A stretch of DNA of 39,064 bases from a virus (IMGVR_UViG_3300017780_007355:1-39064); one strand, 5' to 3'. Positions 19,623-29,058 are shown, counted from the stretch's first letter. Notes: a model not told the origin generated them from the letters alone. Program-made: numbers and translations.

Positions 19623-22370
19623 CTAATTTTTGTTTATTGTAGCTACATATTCCTTGCTTTGACGTGATCTTGATCTTTCTTCAAGTTCCTTAGCTTTCAG
19701 TTCTAGCTCTTTAATTTTAATCATTCTTTGGTCCTCTGATTGTTTCTCTTTTAATCTAAAACTTTGAGCATCATTTTCAAATCTTAAATTAAGGTCTTTT
19801 TCTTTAAGTGCGTTGTCTGCTTCTCGGTTAATCTGATCAAAACTAGCTGAATCTGACTCTTTATCCGCAGCTCTACCAAGTGCTTGAATTCTTTCAGATT
19901 CAAGTCTATTTGACCTATCTTTATCCTTAGATAGTTCTAATCTTTCCCATTGTTTATTTGAGTTTTCATCGTCAAGTTGAGCTTTTTGTTGTATTAATTG
20001 TTGTTGTTGTTGATATTGTGCTTGTTGTTCTTCGTCTCTTCTTGCTCGTTCTAATTTAGCTATCTCTACTATATCAGAATAAGAATCTGATCCGATTAAT
20101 CTAGCTAACTCCATAGTGTCTGCACCAAGAGTATTTTGTTGCATTATAGCTTGTTTCAACAATTCCAATTCTTTTCTCTTCTGAGAATCGAAAGTTGCAA
20201 TAAGGCCAAACCTTCTTAAAGGCAAGTCAGGATCCTGTATTTTTAAGTACTGAATAGATGCGTCTGATTTAGTGTAGTATATTGATAAGTCCTTTTTATT
20301 AGACTGACAATATTGTGCAACAGCTAAATGAAGTTCTAATGCTCCCTTGTTAAAGTATGAGAAGTCAGTATGTATTCCTGAAATCTGTGCAACATTTGTT
20401 TCAGCATTGTTTCTTACTCCTTCTGCTGTTTCATACTTAGTAGCTTGATTTAAGATAGGATTAATTCCGATTAATTCATAAGCCTTTTTTTGGAAAAAAT
20501 CTGCTAACTGAACTCTTGATTGTATTTCTGCTCCGTGAGTTACGTTAAGAAGTTGTATAGGGTTGCTACTATTTGTTTGCTTCTGAGAATCCAATGAAAA
20601 GTTTCCAGGCATGATACCAACGTTCTTAGCTGTGTTTCTTAAAGCAATAAGTGCTTCTTCTGCGTTACCCCATCCATCGTATTCAGACGGAATTAAATCT
20701 GTAGAAAGTAAAAGGATTACCCCTAGTTCTTTTTCGATCAGATTTGTGATCTGATTCATACAAAGGTTATACTTTGCTTGATATGGTGCAATCTTACTAA
20801 CTAAGCTTTCGCCAACCATACCTGCAACAGGTAATAATGTATCGTAATCTGAATCACCTTTTATTTGGTGTTCCATTGGCTCTACATCAACATATATTGG
20901 TTCTTTTAAGTTTGCACTTTGTATTTTTACACCATAGTAAGTAACAGGTTTTAACTGCCACTTTAATGTATTTACTTCAAATGAAGTAATAATATCGTGA
21001 ATTGATTCTTTATAACTTTGTTTGATTCCTTTTTCTTTTAGGAAATCCTTTAAAATATCTTCTGTTACTTCCTCCGTGATTACTCTTCCGTTTTCATTTT
21101 CATAAGTAAGGTATCCCCAATAGTCATAACAACGAAAATATACTTCAGTAACTTGACACAAATCTTTTCTATGTTGAAAATCATCCCTCAATAACACTGC
21201 TAGTGATGAGTATAACCCATTTTGACCATTATAGTGATTTGGTAAAAATCTTTCTCTAACTGTTTGTGAACCATCTTTATTAAACTTCGTCTCAATACCC
21301 ATTGGCATATTTAGTTGATCTTGAAGCCCTAACATAAAGTTGTAGTCACTATAACCTTTGAAAGGAGTAGTTACTGTTTTAAGAAAGTTAGAGTTAACTG
21401 CCTCTTCAATACTTCCTGAAGCATAATTATTTGATACATAGTTCTCCCACGTAGTATTTCCTCCTAATAGTTCTGCTTGTTTATCTGTAGATATTTTATG
21501 TCCAAATTCTTGAATACATTCTGATGGAGTATATGGTTGCATTCTACCTGCGTATTCTCCTTTTTGAATATTTTGTACCTCTACTTCCTTAGAAAAAAAT
21601 GTATTTTTAGCACTCCAATTTCTTGGAAAGTATTTATCATGGTAAATTTTGTATTCTCTAAATGCTCTTCCTGAAGTAAGATACTCTTTTAATGATTCTT
21701 TTCCTAACTTAAGTAGGTCAAACCTTTCTTTATCTTGATCTAGTGTACCCTCTGCCCATCGAGCACCAATTGTCTTAAAACTACTTTTAGTAGATTTTGA
21801 TAATTCAACCGGGGTATACTTTTTCTTTGCTTCTTCTAATTGTTGCATGAAAGCTTGTTGTTCTTCTTCGGATGAAAATTGTTTACCATCTGGAGTAAGT
21901 CCGTTTTTAGCTAATTCTGTATCAATTATATTTTTTGTAATATCTTCAAGTAGTTTTGAAATCTCTTCGTTTTTATGTCTCAAGAAATCATTCTCAGCTA
22001 TTTCTCCAATATCTGTAACATGAAATTTATCTTGAAAGTCAACATATTTATCTACAATAGTATTTATGACAATACTTGTAATATCGTGATGCTTCAATTG
22101 ACTAGGTATACCTACGCCATCTAATAAATCTTGTAATCCGTTTAAGTGAGGAAGAACTTCTGAAAGTTCTTGATAAGTCATTTTAGAACTTACAACCCTA
22201 TAGTTGTCAAAGAAAGATAAATTTTCATGAAGTTGTTTTAATGCAATATTTTCAAATGCATCCATTACAGCTTTTTTCCACTTATCAGTTTTCTTTATAC
22301 TCCTCTTAAGATGTAAAGGAGGTAAAGCATCTGTACGACTTACTGAATCTATAAAACTTGTATTAAACAT
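19623..22370 (-). CDS. Portal protein
   Basis: 915 aa directly downstream of the terminase; 'SLVSKIAPYQAKYN', 'ELIGINP' segments; long Q/E/K coiled-coil C-terminus. Confidence 0.85.
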   Translation of the reverse strand: MFNTSFIDSVSRTDALPPLHLKRSIKKTDKWKKAVMDAFENIALKQLHENLSFFDNYRVVSSKMTYQELSEVLPHLNGLQDLLDGVGIPSQLKHHDITSIVINTIVDKYVDFQDKFHVTDIGEIAENDFLRHKNEEISKLLEDITKNIIDTELAKNGLTPDGKQFSSEEEQQAFMQQLEEAKKKYTPVELSKSTKSSFKTIGARWAEGTLDQDKERFDLLKLGKESLKEYLTSGRAFREYKIYHDKYFPRNWSAKNTFFSKEVEVQNIQKGEYAGRMQPYTPSECIQEFGHKISTDKQAELLGGNTTWENYVSNNYASGSIEEAVNSNFLKTVTTPFKGYSDYNFMLGLQDQLNMPMGIETKFNKDGSQTVRERFLPNHYNGQNGLYSSLAVLLRDDFQHRKDLCQVTEVYFRCYDYWGYLTYENENGRVITEEVTEDILKDFLKEKGIKQSYKESIHDIITSFEVNTLKWQLKPVTYYGVKIQSANLKEPIYVDVEPMEHQIKGDSDYDTLLPVAGMVGESLVSKIAPYQAKYNLCMNQITNLIEKELGVILLLSTDLIPSEYDGWGNAEEALIALRNTAKNVGIMPGNFSLDSQKQTNSSNPIQLLNVTHGAEIQSRVQLADFFQKKAYELIGINPILNQATKYETAEGVRNNAETNVAQISGIHTDFSYFNKGALELHLAVAQYCQSNKKDLSIYYTKSDASIQYLKIQDPDLPLRRFGLIATFDSQKRKELELLKQAIMQQNTLGADTMELARLIGSDSYSDIVEIAKLERARRDEEQQAQYQQQQQLIQQKAQLDDENSNKQWERLELSKDKDRSNRLESERIQALGRAADKESDSASFDQINREADNALKEKDLNLRFENDAQSFRLKEKQSEDQRMIKIKELELKAKELEERSRSRQSKEYVATINKN

Positions 22371-22374
22371 AAGG

Positions 22375-22382
22375 CAAATGTA
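22375..22382 (-). promoter_or_regulatory. -7 box TACATTTG, 4 nt before the portal ATG
   Basis: Minus strand reads TACATTTG-CCTT-ATG. Confidence 0.55.
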
Positions 22383-22425
22383 TGGAATCTAATATTTATA
22401 ATAAAAATTATAGGAAATAATCATA

Positions 22426-24495
22426 TTAGAATATCTTCAACTTAACATTTGAAAATATATTAATATTCGGCCTACTTCTTGTGTCAGATCCTTGAAAAGA
22501 CATTTTATTATTTTCTTTTTCTTTTTGAATAGGCCTCATATTTAATTTATCTAACTCACGAGCATAAGCTAAAGCGTGCATATAAGCTGTAATACGGTCA
22601 AAGTTTCCTCCTTTTTTAAAGGATAGCATCTCTTTAAGTAAGTCAATATCATCTATAAAATCAACTCCATGTTTTACTATTTCATTTCCATCTTCATCAA
22701 TACCTACTACATGCTCTTCTTTTGTAAAATCTACAACAAGATTAAACATATATGACTTATTACCAGCTGTTGGATATACACCAAACTTTGTAGTAAGTTT
22801 ATAATTACCTGATTGAACAGAGTTTGAGAATGAAATAGATGTAGCTAAGCACTGTTCAGATTTATTTTTTGTGTCTAAGTGTTGTTTAAAACTGACATCG
22901 ACTGCCTCCATGTTGCATAATGAATTCCAAATATCAATGTGCTTTTCACAGTCTTTATGAAAATCACCATGTCTAAATGGTCTCGTAGTGTGAGACAAAA
23001 CAATCCTTTCACAAGGAGAATTTGGTTCCAAATTTCTTCGTTTAATAATATAAAAAGCACCTAGAGAGGATGTCTCTGATTGATCAAGTTTGTAATCATC
23101 GAGTCCGGAAACATAAGTAAATTTAGGAGGTGCAATTTCAGGTACATCTGCAAAAAGTATTGCAGGTGCGTCTGCCTCACCACCAGGATGACTGACTTCT
23201 GCTCTTTTCTTAGGAGAGAATTCTTGCATAACTTTTCCATTATGCCTATACACTTCAATATTTTTTCCAAGCAATCCTTCGTCTTCAAGAAATCTTATTC
23301 TTTTGTCAATCAGAGCTGTTGGAAATGGATTAGAACTTGAAGTTAAGAATACATCATCTATTTCTAGAGGATAGTACATACGTTGTTTTTCTTTAGACTC
23401 TTCTTTTTTAAGAGAGTTTAATTTTTCTGTAAGTACTTCTTTTGCTGTTTTCCAGTCTGTGATTTGTACTTTTATTTTATTTAAACCTTCATTTTTTAAA
23501 TTTAAATGTTTATCTAAAGTTGTTTCTACTTTTGGAACTGCTAAACGATAAGACATTTGTGCAGGAACAAATATAGAGAATTTTTGTTTCTTACTTCTTT
23601 CCCAGGTTACATAATCAGGATCCACGTTTCTTTCAAGTTTATCCCAATCCATTGTAATCAAAGAATAATCTTCTGGATTAGAAAGTACGTCTTTCGCATC
23701 TTTTGATAACTCCTCATTACCTGATGTACCTGATAATACATGAACTAATTTTGCACCAGTTGGTGTAATAAAAGATGGAAGTGCTGAGTTTAGGATATCT
23801 TTAAAATTAAATTTACCTATCTCATCCATAATAAAACCAACCGGAGATAAACCTGCACCTTTTTCAGATGACTTAGCTGTCCCTTTGTTTGCGTTTGTTA
23901 TAGATATGTGAGAGTGAGGTAATCTAAAACCATCTTTTTCTTTTAATCCGATCTCAACAAGACTCTCCCATTCAGTTATTAATTGCGGAATAAAAAATGC
24001 AGGGTTTACTTTATTAAATCCTGTTTGTATTAGTTTTGAAATTGCTTTTAAATCTAAGTCACTTCCTCCAATAACAGAGGTTGTACCATTTGCTTTTATA
24101 GAGTTTGTCCAAGTAATCAAAGATGATAATGCAGTAGATTTAGCAAAACCCCTTGTTCCAAATAAGCATATTCCAAGATTATTCTTTTCAGCTTCTTGGT
24201 AGTTTTCTATTATGTACAAAAAGTTGTCATCAATTGGTGGACACATAATTTTTTCAATATCTCTTCCTTGAGCATTTTTAATCGGAATTGGTGTTTTGAA
24301 GAAGTTTATGTGCCAGTAAAGCCAAGGGTGCATATAGTATCCATTTATCATTACACCCTCGGTAATTTTCCTTCTTTCTTGTTCGTAAAAATCTAAAGTG
24401 CTTATTTCTTGATCGAAATAGTTCTTCTTAGGATCCCATCTTGGTGCATCCTTAATATTTATAAACATTTCATTTGAAGAAAGAAATTGGCTCAT
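22426..24495 (-). CDS. terL: Terminase large subunit
   Basis: Walker A-like GTRGFAKST, Walker B FIMDEIGK, coupling motif SGTSG, nuclease YVSGLDDY and C-terminal GNFDRI; N-terminal 'LYWHINF' as in crAss-like TerL. Confidence 0.9.
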   Translation of the reverse strand: MSQFLSSNEMFINIKDAPRWDPKKNYFDQEISTLDFYEQERRKITEGVMINGYYMHPWLYWHINFFKTPIPIKNAQGRDIEKIMCPPIDDNFLYIIENYQEAEKNNLGICLFGTRGFAKSTALSSLITWTNSIKANGTTSVIGGSDLDLKAISKLIQTGFNKVNPAFFIPQLITEWESLVEIGLKEKDGFRLPHSHISITNANKGTAKSSEKGAGLSPVGFIMDEIGKFNFKDILNSALPSFITPTGAKLVHVLSGTSGNEELSKDAKDVLSNPEDYSLITMDWDKLERNVDPDYVTWERSKKQKFSIFVPAQMSYRLAVPKVETTLDKHLNLKNEGLNKIKVQITDWKTAKEVLTEKLNSLKKEESKEKQRMYYPLEIDDVFLTSSSNPFPTALIDKRIRFLEDEGLLGKNIEVYRHNGKVMQEFSPKKRAEVSHPGGEADAPAILFADVPEIAPPKFTYVSGLDDYKLDQSETSSLGAFYIIKRRNLEPNSPCERIVLSHTTRPFRHGDFHKDCEKHIDIWNSLCNMEAVDVSFKQHLDTKNKSEQCLATSISFSNSVQSGNYKLTTKFGVYPTAGNKSYMFNLVVDFTKEEHVVGIDEDGNEIVKHGVDFIDDIDLLKEMLSFKKGGNFDRITAYMHALAYARELDKLNMRPIQKEKENNKMSFQGSDTRSRPNINIFSNVKLKIF

Positions 24496-24496
24496 A

Positions 24497-24952
24497 TTAT
24501 ATTTTGCTAAATATTTGTTTTAATGCATCGTCATTTATTGACTTATTTGTTTCGTCTTTAAATAATTTTATTATCTCTTCGTTAGCTTCTTTAACTTCAC
24601 CTGACTCTAATCTAAAAAAGTACTTAGGTTCACTACCTAAACCTTCAAACAACATATTGTCTTCTTCGTTTAGTCCTAACTCTATTTCTCCAATCTTTAT
24701 CAAGGGGTATAAAACACTAAGTAGACTTCCAATATGATTAATATCTTGTATGTATAGTGCTGCATACTGATTCATTGTTACATACTCAAGCAACTTATCT
24801 TTTGCATCTTCAAAAGTAGCCTCCGGATTACTAGTTTTATACTCTTTCAGCTTTTCAAATGCCTGATTTACTTCTACAAGTTTTTTATCAACCGCTTTTC
24901 CTAACTGAATTGCTTCTCTTACTTGAGTAATTATTTGATCTTTAATTTCCAT
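24497..24952 (-). CDS. Hypothetical helical protein upstream of terL
   Basis: 151-aa ORF ending 1 nt before the terL start. Confidence 0.6.
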   Translation of the reverse strand: MEIKDQIITQVREAIQLGKAVDKKLVEVNQAFEKLKEYKTSNPEATFEDAKDKLLEYVTMNQYAALYIQDINHIGSLLSVLYPLIKIGEIELGLNEEDNMLFEGLGSEPKYFFRLESGEVKEANEEIIKLFKDETNKSINDDALKQIFSKI

Positions 24953-24954
24953 TT

Positions 24955-25173
24955 TTATGCGTATTTAAGGTTTCTTTGTTTTTCTTTCTTTAGAGACTTC
25001 TCTAAAGCTGTATAAAAATCTTCATCACTTATTGAAAGTAAATCTGATTTTGTAAAATTCTCAAAATTTGTCATGCTCTTTAGTGCAGTTAAAATCGTCT
25101 GAGAAAAACTGTATTCAGGAATCTCTTTCTTGAACTCAGTTAATTTTTCTTCTATAAAGTATCTAAAATTCAT
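24955..25173 (-). CDS. Hypothetical protein
   Basis: 72-aa ORF packed in the operon ('ISDEDFYTALEK'). Confidence 0.6.
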   Translation of the reverse strand: MNFRYFIEEKLTEFKKEIPEYSFSQTILTALKSMTNFENFTKSDLLSISDEDFYTALEKSLKKEKQRNLKYA

Positions 25174-25175
25174 TA

Positions 25176-25844
25176 TTATTTAATTGAACGGTATCTAATT
25201 AGTACTAACTCCTGTTTTTCATTAGGAAATCCGCAAAAGAAAGTAATTGTTTTTTCATTTAAACCCTCTCTAAAGCCAATCGTACTTAAGTTAACTGCTA
25301 TGTTATAAGAGTTTTCTGTTTCTCTTTCGATTACTTCAGGATGAGTACAACCACAAGATACTTCATATTTTATAACTTCAAACGGATTTTTATTTTTTAT
25401 TTTAAATTCCGTCTTTAAAACATTTGCAGACACTTGACCAAAGTCAAATAAAAACTCTTCTCTGTCGTTTACTTTAGTTACTGAGAATATTGCGTCTGTA
25501 CCTTGATACTCGATAAAAAAAGTAGACTTTTCTAACTCAAAGTCAATTGCTTTCCATTTTGGTTCAGATCCTGGTACTTCTGATAATCCACAATCAGATG
25601 TTCTAGATCCACACTTTCTTTCAATACAGCATCCACAGGCTGTGCAGTGATTTCCTTTATCACATAAACCTGACTGTATTTTTAACTTAGATCCGAAACT
25701 TAATTTTTCAGGATCAATGTTAGCAGAGTTAAATTCGCATCCATTGCAAATATCTAACCTTTTTTCATACCAATCTTGCCCAACAGGAATAGGATTGATA
25801 AATGCTTTCGCAATTGTTTTTACTTTTTTAAAACTCATATCCAT
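25176..25844 (-). CDS. Cys-rich putative metal-binding domain fused to a DUF1573-like Ig domain
   Basis: RLDICNGC...HCTACGCCIERKC....DC in the N-half; 'F.IKN....VSCGCT.P' in the C-half. Confidence 0.55.
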   Translation of the reverse strand: MDMSFKKVKTIAKAFINPIPVGQDWYEKRLDICNGCEFNSANIDPEKLSFGSKLKIQSGLCDKGNHCTACGCCIERKCGSRTSDCGLSEVPGSEPKWKAIDFELEKSTFFIEYQGTDAIFSVTKVNDREEFLFDFGQVSANVLKTEFKIKNKNPFEVIKYEVSCGCTHPEVIERETENSYNIAVNLSTIGFREGLNEKTITFFCGFPNEKQELVLIRYRSIK

Positions 25845-26233
25845 TCTTCATTTTGTGTTACTTCTATTTTTTCTAAGTTATTACTTGTTGTAAAAGCAAA
25901 GTCTCTTAGTTTAGACCTTGTTCTATGTATTGTGTACTTACCTCCTGTTTTTTCTCTTATCTCTTCTATCTTAGACCAAACTAGTTTTGCTTCTTTGGAA
26001 TCCGTTCCGTATTGCTGTACTATTCTTTGATGCTTTTTTCTGAGACCACCTTCTTTAAGGTAAAAAATTCCAATGTGAGGCACTTTAATTGATAAATTTG
26101 TTTTTGAAAGGTTTTTTATTCTATTTATTGAAAAATTTAAAACATGCTCAACTACCTTTTCGTCTTCACCAAGTTTATCTGCAACTTCTTTTATTATATC
26201 TTTTTTGTAAATAACTTTTTTACGCTGTTTCAT
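25835..26233 (-). CDS. HU/IHF-like DNA-binding protein
   Basis: 'KKDIIKEVADKLG...V..V....I...SIKVPHIGIFYLK' fits the HU/IHF helix and 'I.GFG.F' strand pattern; IHF-like genes occur in crAss-like capsid modules. Confidence 0.7.
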   Translation of the reverse strand: MKQRKKVIYKKDIIKEVADKLGEDEKVVEHVLNFSINRIKNLSKTNLSIKVPHIGIFYLKEGGLRKKHQRIVQQYGTDSKEAKLVWSKIEEIREKTGGKYTIHRTRSKLRDFAFTTSNNLEKIEVTQNEEWI

Positions 26234-26609
26234 CTATGTACAAGTTAAATAAAAATAAAGTTTTTTCCGAATTTTTTCCTTTATAATAATTTGATAAAGT
26301 TTCTAACTCAGTATTAAGGTATGAATCTCTAGTGTTCATACTGCTCTTTATTAAAAAACCACCTTCTCTAAGTTCAGAATTTAAACAATTTAAGTTTGTT
26401 TTCTTAAGACTAAGTAAATCACATGCGTAATCTTTTGACTCACTGTTATAACCATACTTTATGTATATCGATAACAAAGTAACAAGTTTTGATCTAAGCA
26501 TTTTTGACTTCTGTCCAGTCATAGTTTTATAACAAGAGTATATAGTTATAAGATTCTTAAGAACCTCAAACTCATTTTTTGATTTTACATCTGTTTTAAA
26601 TACTTCCAC
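26220..26609 (-). CDS. Hypothetical protein, possible winged-helix DNA-binding
   Basis: Likely start is GTG at 26609 (VEVFKT...) rather than 26666; 'ACDLLSLKKTNLNCLNSELREGGFLIK' resembles a wHTH. Confidence 0.5.
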   Translation of the reverse strand: MEVFKTDVKSKNEFEVLKNLITIYSCYKTMTGQKSKMLRSKLVTLLSIYIKYGYNSESKDYACDLLSLKKTNLNCLNSELREGGFLIKSSMNTRDSYLNTELETLSNYYKGKNSEKTLFLFNLYIDETA

Positions 26610-26695
26610 TTTTAAAATTTTTTTGCTAAAATAATAATAAAATATCATATTTACAAATATTATCAAAAAAAAATTTGATTTATTAAAAATAAATG

Positions 26696-26703
26696 TATAT
26701 TTG
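26696..26703 (+). promoter_or_regulatory. -7 box TATATTTG, first rightward promoter
   Basis: TATATTTG-CATT-ATG(26708). Confidence 0.6.
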
Positions 26704-26707
26704 CATT

Positions 26708-26926
26708 ATGAACTTCGAACAGTATCAAATGGATGTATGGAACGGACTACCAAATTTGGTGGTGTCTGACGAGTACTATGACAAAAATTCGGAGCTATTT
26801 CAAAGCATAACTTATGAATTTTATAGGTTATACGATAAATATGATGGAAGTAAATTTACTGTAAATGAGGTCATTAAGTCAATTGAAGTAATTTTTTCTG
26901 GAATTTTAAAGATTGGTTTGAGATAA
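26708..26926 (+). CDS. Hypothetical protein
   Basis: MNFEQYQMDVW...; start moved from 26693 to 26708 because the upstream codons overlap the promoter box. Confidence 0.6.
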   Translation: MNFEQYQMDVWNGLPNLVVSDEYYDKNSELFQSITYEFYRLYDKYDGSKFTVNEVIKSIEVIFSGILKIGLR

Positions 26927-26931
26927 ATTCA

Positions 26932-26939
26932 TACTTTTG
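26932..26939 (+). promoter_or_regulatory. -7 box TACTTTTG upstream of a structured non-coding region
   Basis: Exact TAnnTTTG match with no plus-strand ORF in the track before recA. Confidence 0.55.
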
Positions 26940-26944
26940 TAAAA

Positions 26945-27260
26945 ATAAAATGACGTGGAGCAGTCTTAATTGACGCACGTTGATCAACTAAAAGTTGAAA
27001 AGCTAAATGGAAGTGAGGTTTCTTCGGAAAATATTCGCCAGAGGATGGCAGTTTATAAGCTTTCTGCCAGTTTTGCGGAGTAGGGTAATAAAAACCCGGT
27101 GGTGCAATGACAAAAAAAGCTAGAGTGATGCCAGGATTTGGTGTTTTTCCGGTCACTTGGACTAATTTAGTCTTCCCTACCTAATTCTTAACTATTTATA
27201 TATCAATACATTATATTTTATTAAGAGGGGGTAAGGGGGTGTTGGTTTACCAAAAACCCA
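26945..27260 (+). ncRNA. Candidate structured non-coding RNA, family not recognised
   Basis: GC-richer than flanks; consecutive stems ACGTG/CACGT, TCAACT-AAA-AGTTGA, TTTC-TTCG-GAAA, TGGCAG/CTGCCA, GGGT/ACCC, AGTGA/TCACT, GACTAA/TTAGTC. Confidence 0.55.
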
Positions 27261-27536
27261 TAGTAGAGAAACCCTGTAAAGAGTAAAAGATATCCTACTA
27301 AAATTGGCAAATAAGAAATCCTAGAGGTAGCCGAGAATAATACTTAAAGGATTTCAAAAAAAAAACCCACACACAGTAATAAAAAGGATATCCAAAATAC
27401 TAAAAAATATTAGGTAGAGTATATATAGTGTTTTCCTGAATTAAGGGATGTTGTGTAATATTTCTTCATTTTAGGATTTTAAGTATTATTTCAAAAAAAA
27501 TATACTAATAATAGTATAATATATTTTATTATTTTG

Positions 27537-27544
27537 TAAATTTG
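27537..27544 (+). promoter_or_regulatory. -7 box TAAATTTG upstream of recA
   Basis: TAnnTTTG match 15 nt before ATG 27560. Confidence 0.55.
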
Positions 27545-27559
27545 TTAAAATATATTTAT

Positions 27560-28558
27560 ATGGTAAAGGTTAAAGAAACTAGCAGTTTAGATTTGCTTAA
27601 AGACGTAATGGATAAGATAAATAAATCTTATGGTTCAGGTACTGTTTATGAGTACAAAAATTTTAAAGGAGAAGATAAAGAACGAGTACCTACAGGTTCT
27701 CTTGGTCTTGACTACATAACCGGAGGTGGATGGGTAAAAGGTCTAATGCACTATATTTCAGGTTTTGAATCTTCAGGAAAGTCTACTATTTGTTTATACG
27801 CAATTGCAAAAGTTCAACAAGCAGGTGGAAGAGCTGCTTATATTGATCACGAATATTGTTTTGACAAAGCTTACGCAGAAAGTTTAGGTGTAAATGTTGA
27901 TGAATTAATTGTATCACAACCTGATACAATAGAAAAAGGATACCAAATACTTGTAGATCTTGTTTCAACAGGTTTAATAGACATAATTATTTTTGACAGT
28001 ATAGCTGCAGCACAGACACAAAAAGAAGCTGATGGAGACGTTGGTGATCAAACTATGGGTGTAAAAGCTAAGCTAAACTCTACTACATTCCCTAAAATAA
28101 CGCAAACATTACATAAGCATAATACCATTGGAATTTTTGTAAACCAATTACGTGAGAAGATTGGGGTTGTCTACGGATCTCCAATTACTGAACCAGGTGG
28201 AAATGCGGTTAAATTCTACCCCTCTATAAAAATTGAACTACGCCAGTCTGAAAAACAAAAAGATGGTGATGGTATGATTACAGGAAATTTGGTAAAAGCT
28301 AAATGTACAAAAAACAAAACAGCTCGCCCATTCTTGGAAACAGACTTTATTATAAACTACGGAGAGGGTATTTCAAAAGGGATGGAAATATTATCATTTG
28401 CAGAAGATTTAGGACTTGTAAAAAGAAGTGGATCTTGGTATTCTTACGGAGATATTAAACTTGGTCAGGGGGCTAATAATGTTGTTTTACTATTAAAAGA
28501 TAATGTTGAGTTGACAAATGAGTTAGAGTCTGAAATCAGAAAACAACTGTTTGTATAA
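27560..28558 (+). CDS. recA: RecA recombinase
   Basis: PTGSLGLD..TGGG, Walker A GFESSGKST, AYIDHE, SQPD, IFVNQLREKIGVVYGSPITEPGGNAVKFY, SGSWYSYG...LGQG. Start set at ATG 27560. Confidence 0.97.
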   Translation: MVKVKETSSLDLLKDVMDKINKSYGSGTVYEYKNFKGEDKERVPTGSLGLDYITGGGWVKGLMHYISGFESSGKSTICLYAIAKVQQAGGRAAYIDHEYCFDKAYAESLGVNVDELIVSQPDTIEKGYQILVDLVSTGLIDIIIFDSIAAAQTQKEADGDVGDQTMGVKAKLNSTTFPKITQTLHKHNTIGIFVNQLREKIGVVYGSPITEPGGNAVKFYPSIKIELRQSEKQKDGDGMITGNLVKAKCTKNKTARPFLETDFIINYGEGISKGMEILSFAEDLGLVKRSGSWYSYGDIKLGQGANNVVLLLKDNVELTNELESEIRKQLFV

Positions 28559-29010
28559 TGGCAAAGAAAGTAATAGAGCATTTTTGGTTGTACAGTGGTA
28601 AGAAAATTACCTCTGTCGGCCAATTGCCTGAAAATTCTGTTGGATTCATATATATAATAAGAAATAAAAATAATGGTAGATTTTATGTGGGAAGAAAATC
28701 CTTAATTTCTACTTTAAAGAAAAAGCTTACTGTTAAAGAAAAGCTCCTACCAGGTAATTCTAGAAAAACATTCAAGACTGTAACATCTGAGACAAATTGG
28801 TTAAAGTATACTGGAAGTTGTAAGCCATTAAACGAGGATATCAAACAAGGAAATGTATACGAAAAAGAGATACTGCAAGTTTGTTACACTAAAAAACAAT
28901 TGTCTTATTATGAGATAAAACATATTGTTTGTGTAAACTGCTTAGAGAGAGCAGATTGTTATAATCAAAATTTATTAGGAAAATTCTTTCCTTCAGATTT
29001 GATTTCATAA
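28558..29010 (+). CDS. GIY-YIG endonuclease (T4 EndoII/Seg-like)
   Basis: GFIYII...GRFYVGRK, 'W.KYTGS', 'KEIL', 'YYE', 'YN' pattern; start overlaps the recA stop (TAATG). Confidence 0.8.
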   Translation: MAKKVIEHFWLYSGKKITSVGQLPENSVGFIYIIRNKNNGRFYVGRKSLISTLKKKLTVKEKLLPGNSRKTFKTVTSETNWLKYTGSCKPLNEDIKQGNVYEKEILQVCYTKKQLSYYEIKHIVCVNCLERADCYNQNLLGKFFPSDLIS

Positions 29011-29058
29011 AATTTATTTAATTTGCAATTAAAAAAACACGAACCTAACTTTACAATA

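Noticed and set aside
19980-20030. TTG trinucleotide run
   Set aside because: It encodes the poly-Gln coiled coil of the portal protein and is not a separate element.
22426-24495. Intron or intein in terminase (also checked capsid and recA)
   Set aside because: ORFs are continuous with motifs at normal spacing; no intein-like C...HN or LAGLIDADG segments were seen.
3691-25000. Plus-strand ORFs inside structural genes (e.g. 3691, 4330, 4669, 10669, 14255, 16836, 17331) and off-frame ORFs within terL
   Set aside because: Fully nested in long, well-supported minus-strand genes; typical antisense shadows.
26929-27156. 75-aa minus-strand ORF
   Set aside because: Non-ATG start, atypical composition, antisense to a promoter-linked structured region; more likely a shadow ORF.
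26940-27540. DGR template repeat or tRNA in the central intergenic region
   Set aside because: No similarity to the FISUMP 3' ends, no AAC-rich tract, and no cloverleaf with a T-arm GTTCRA.
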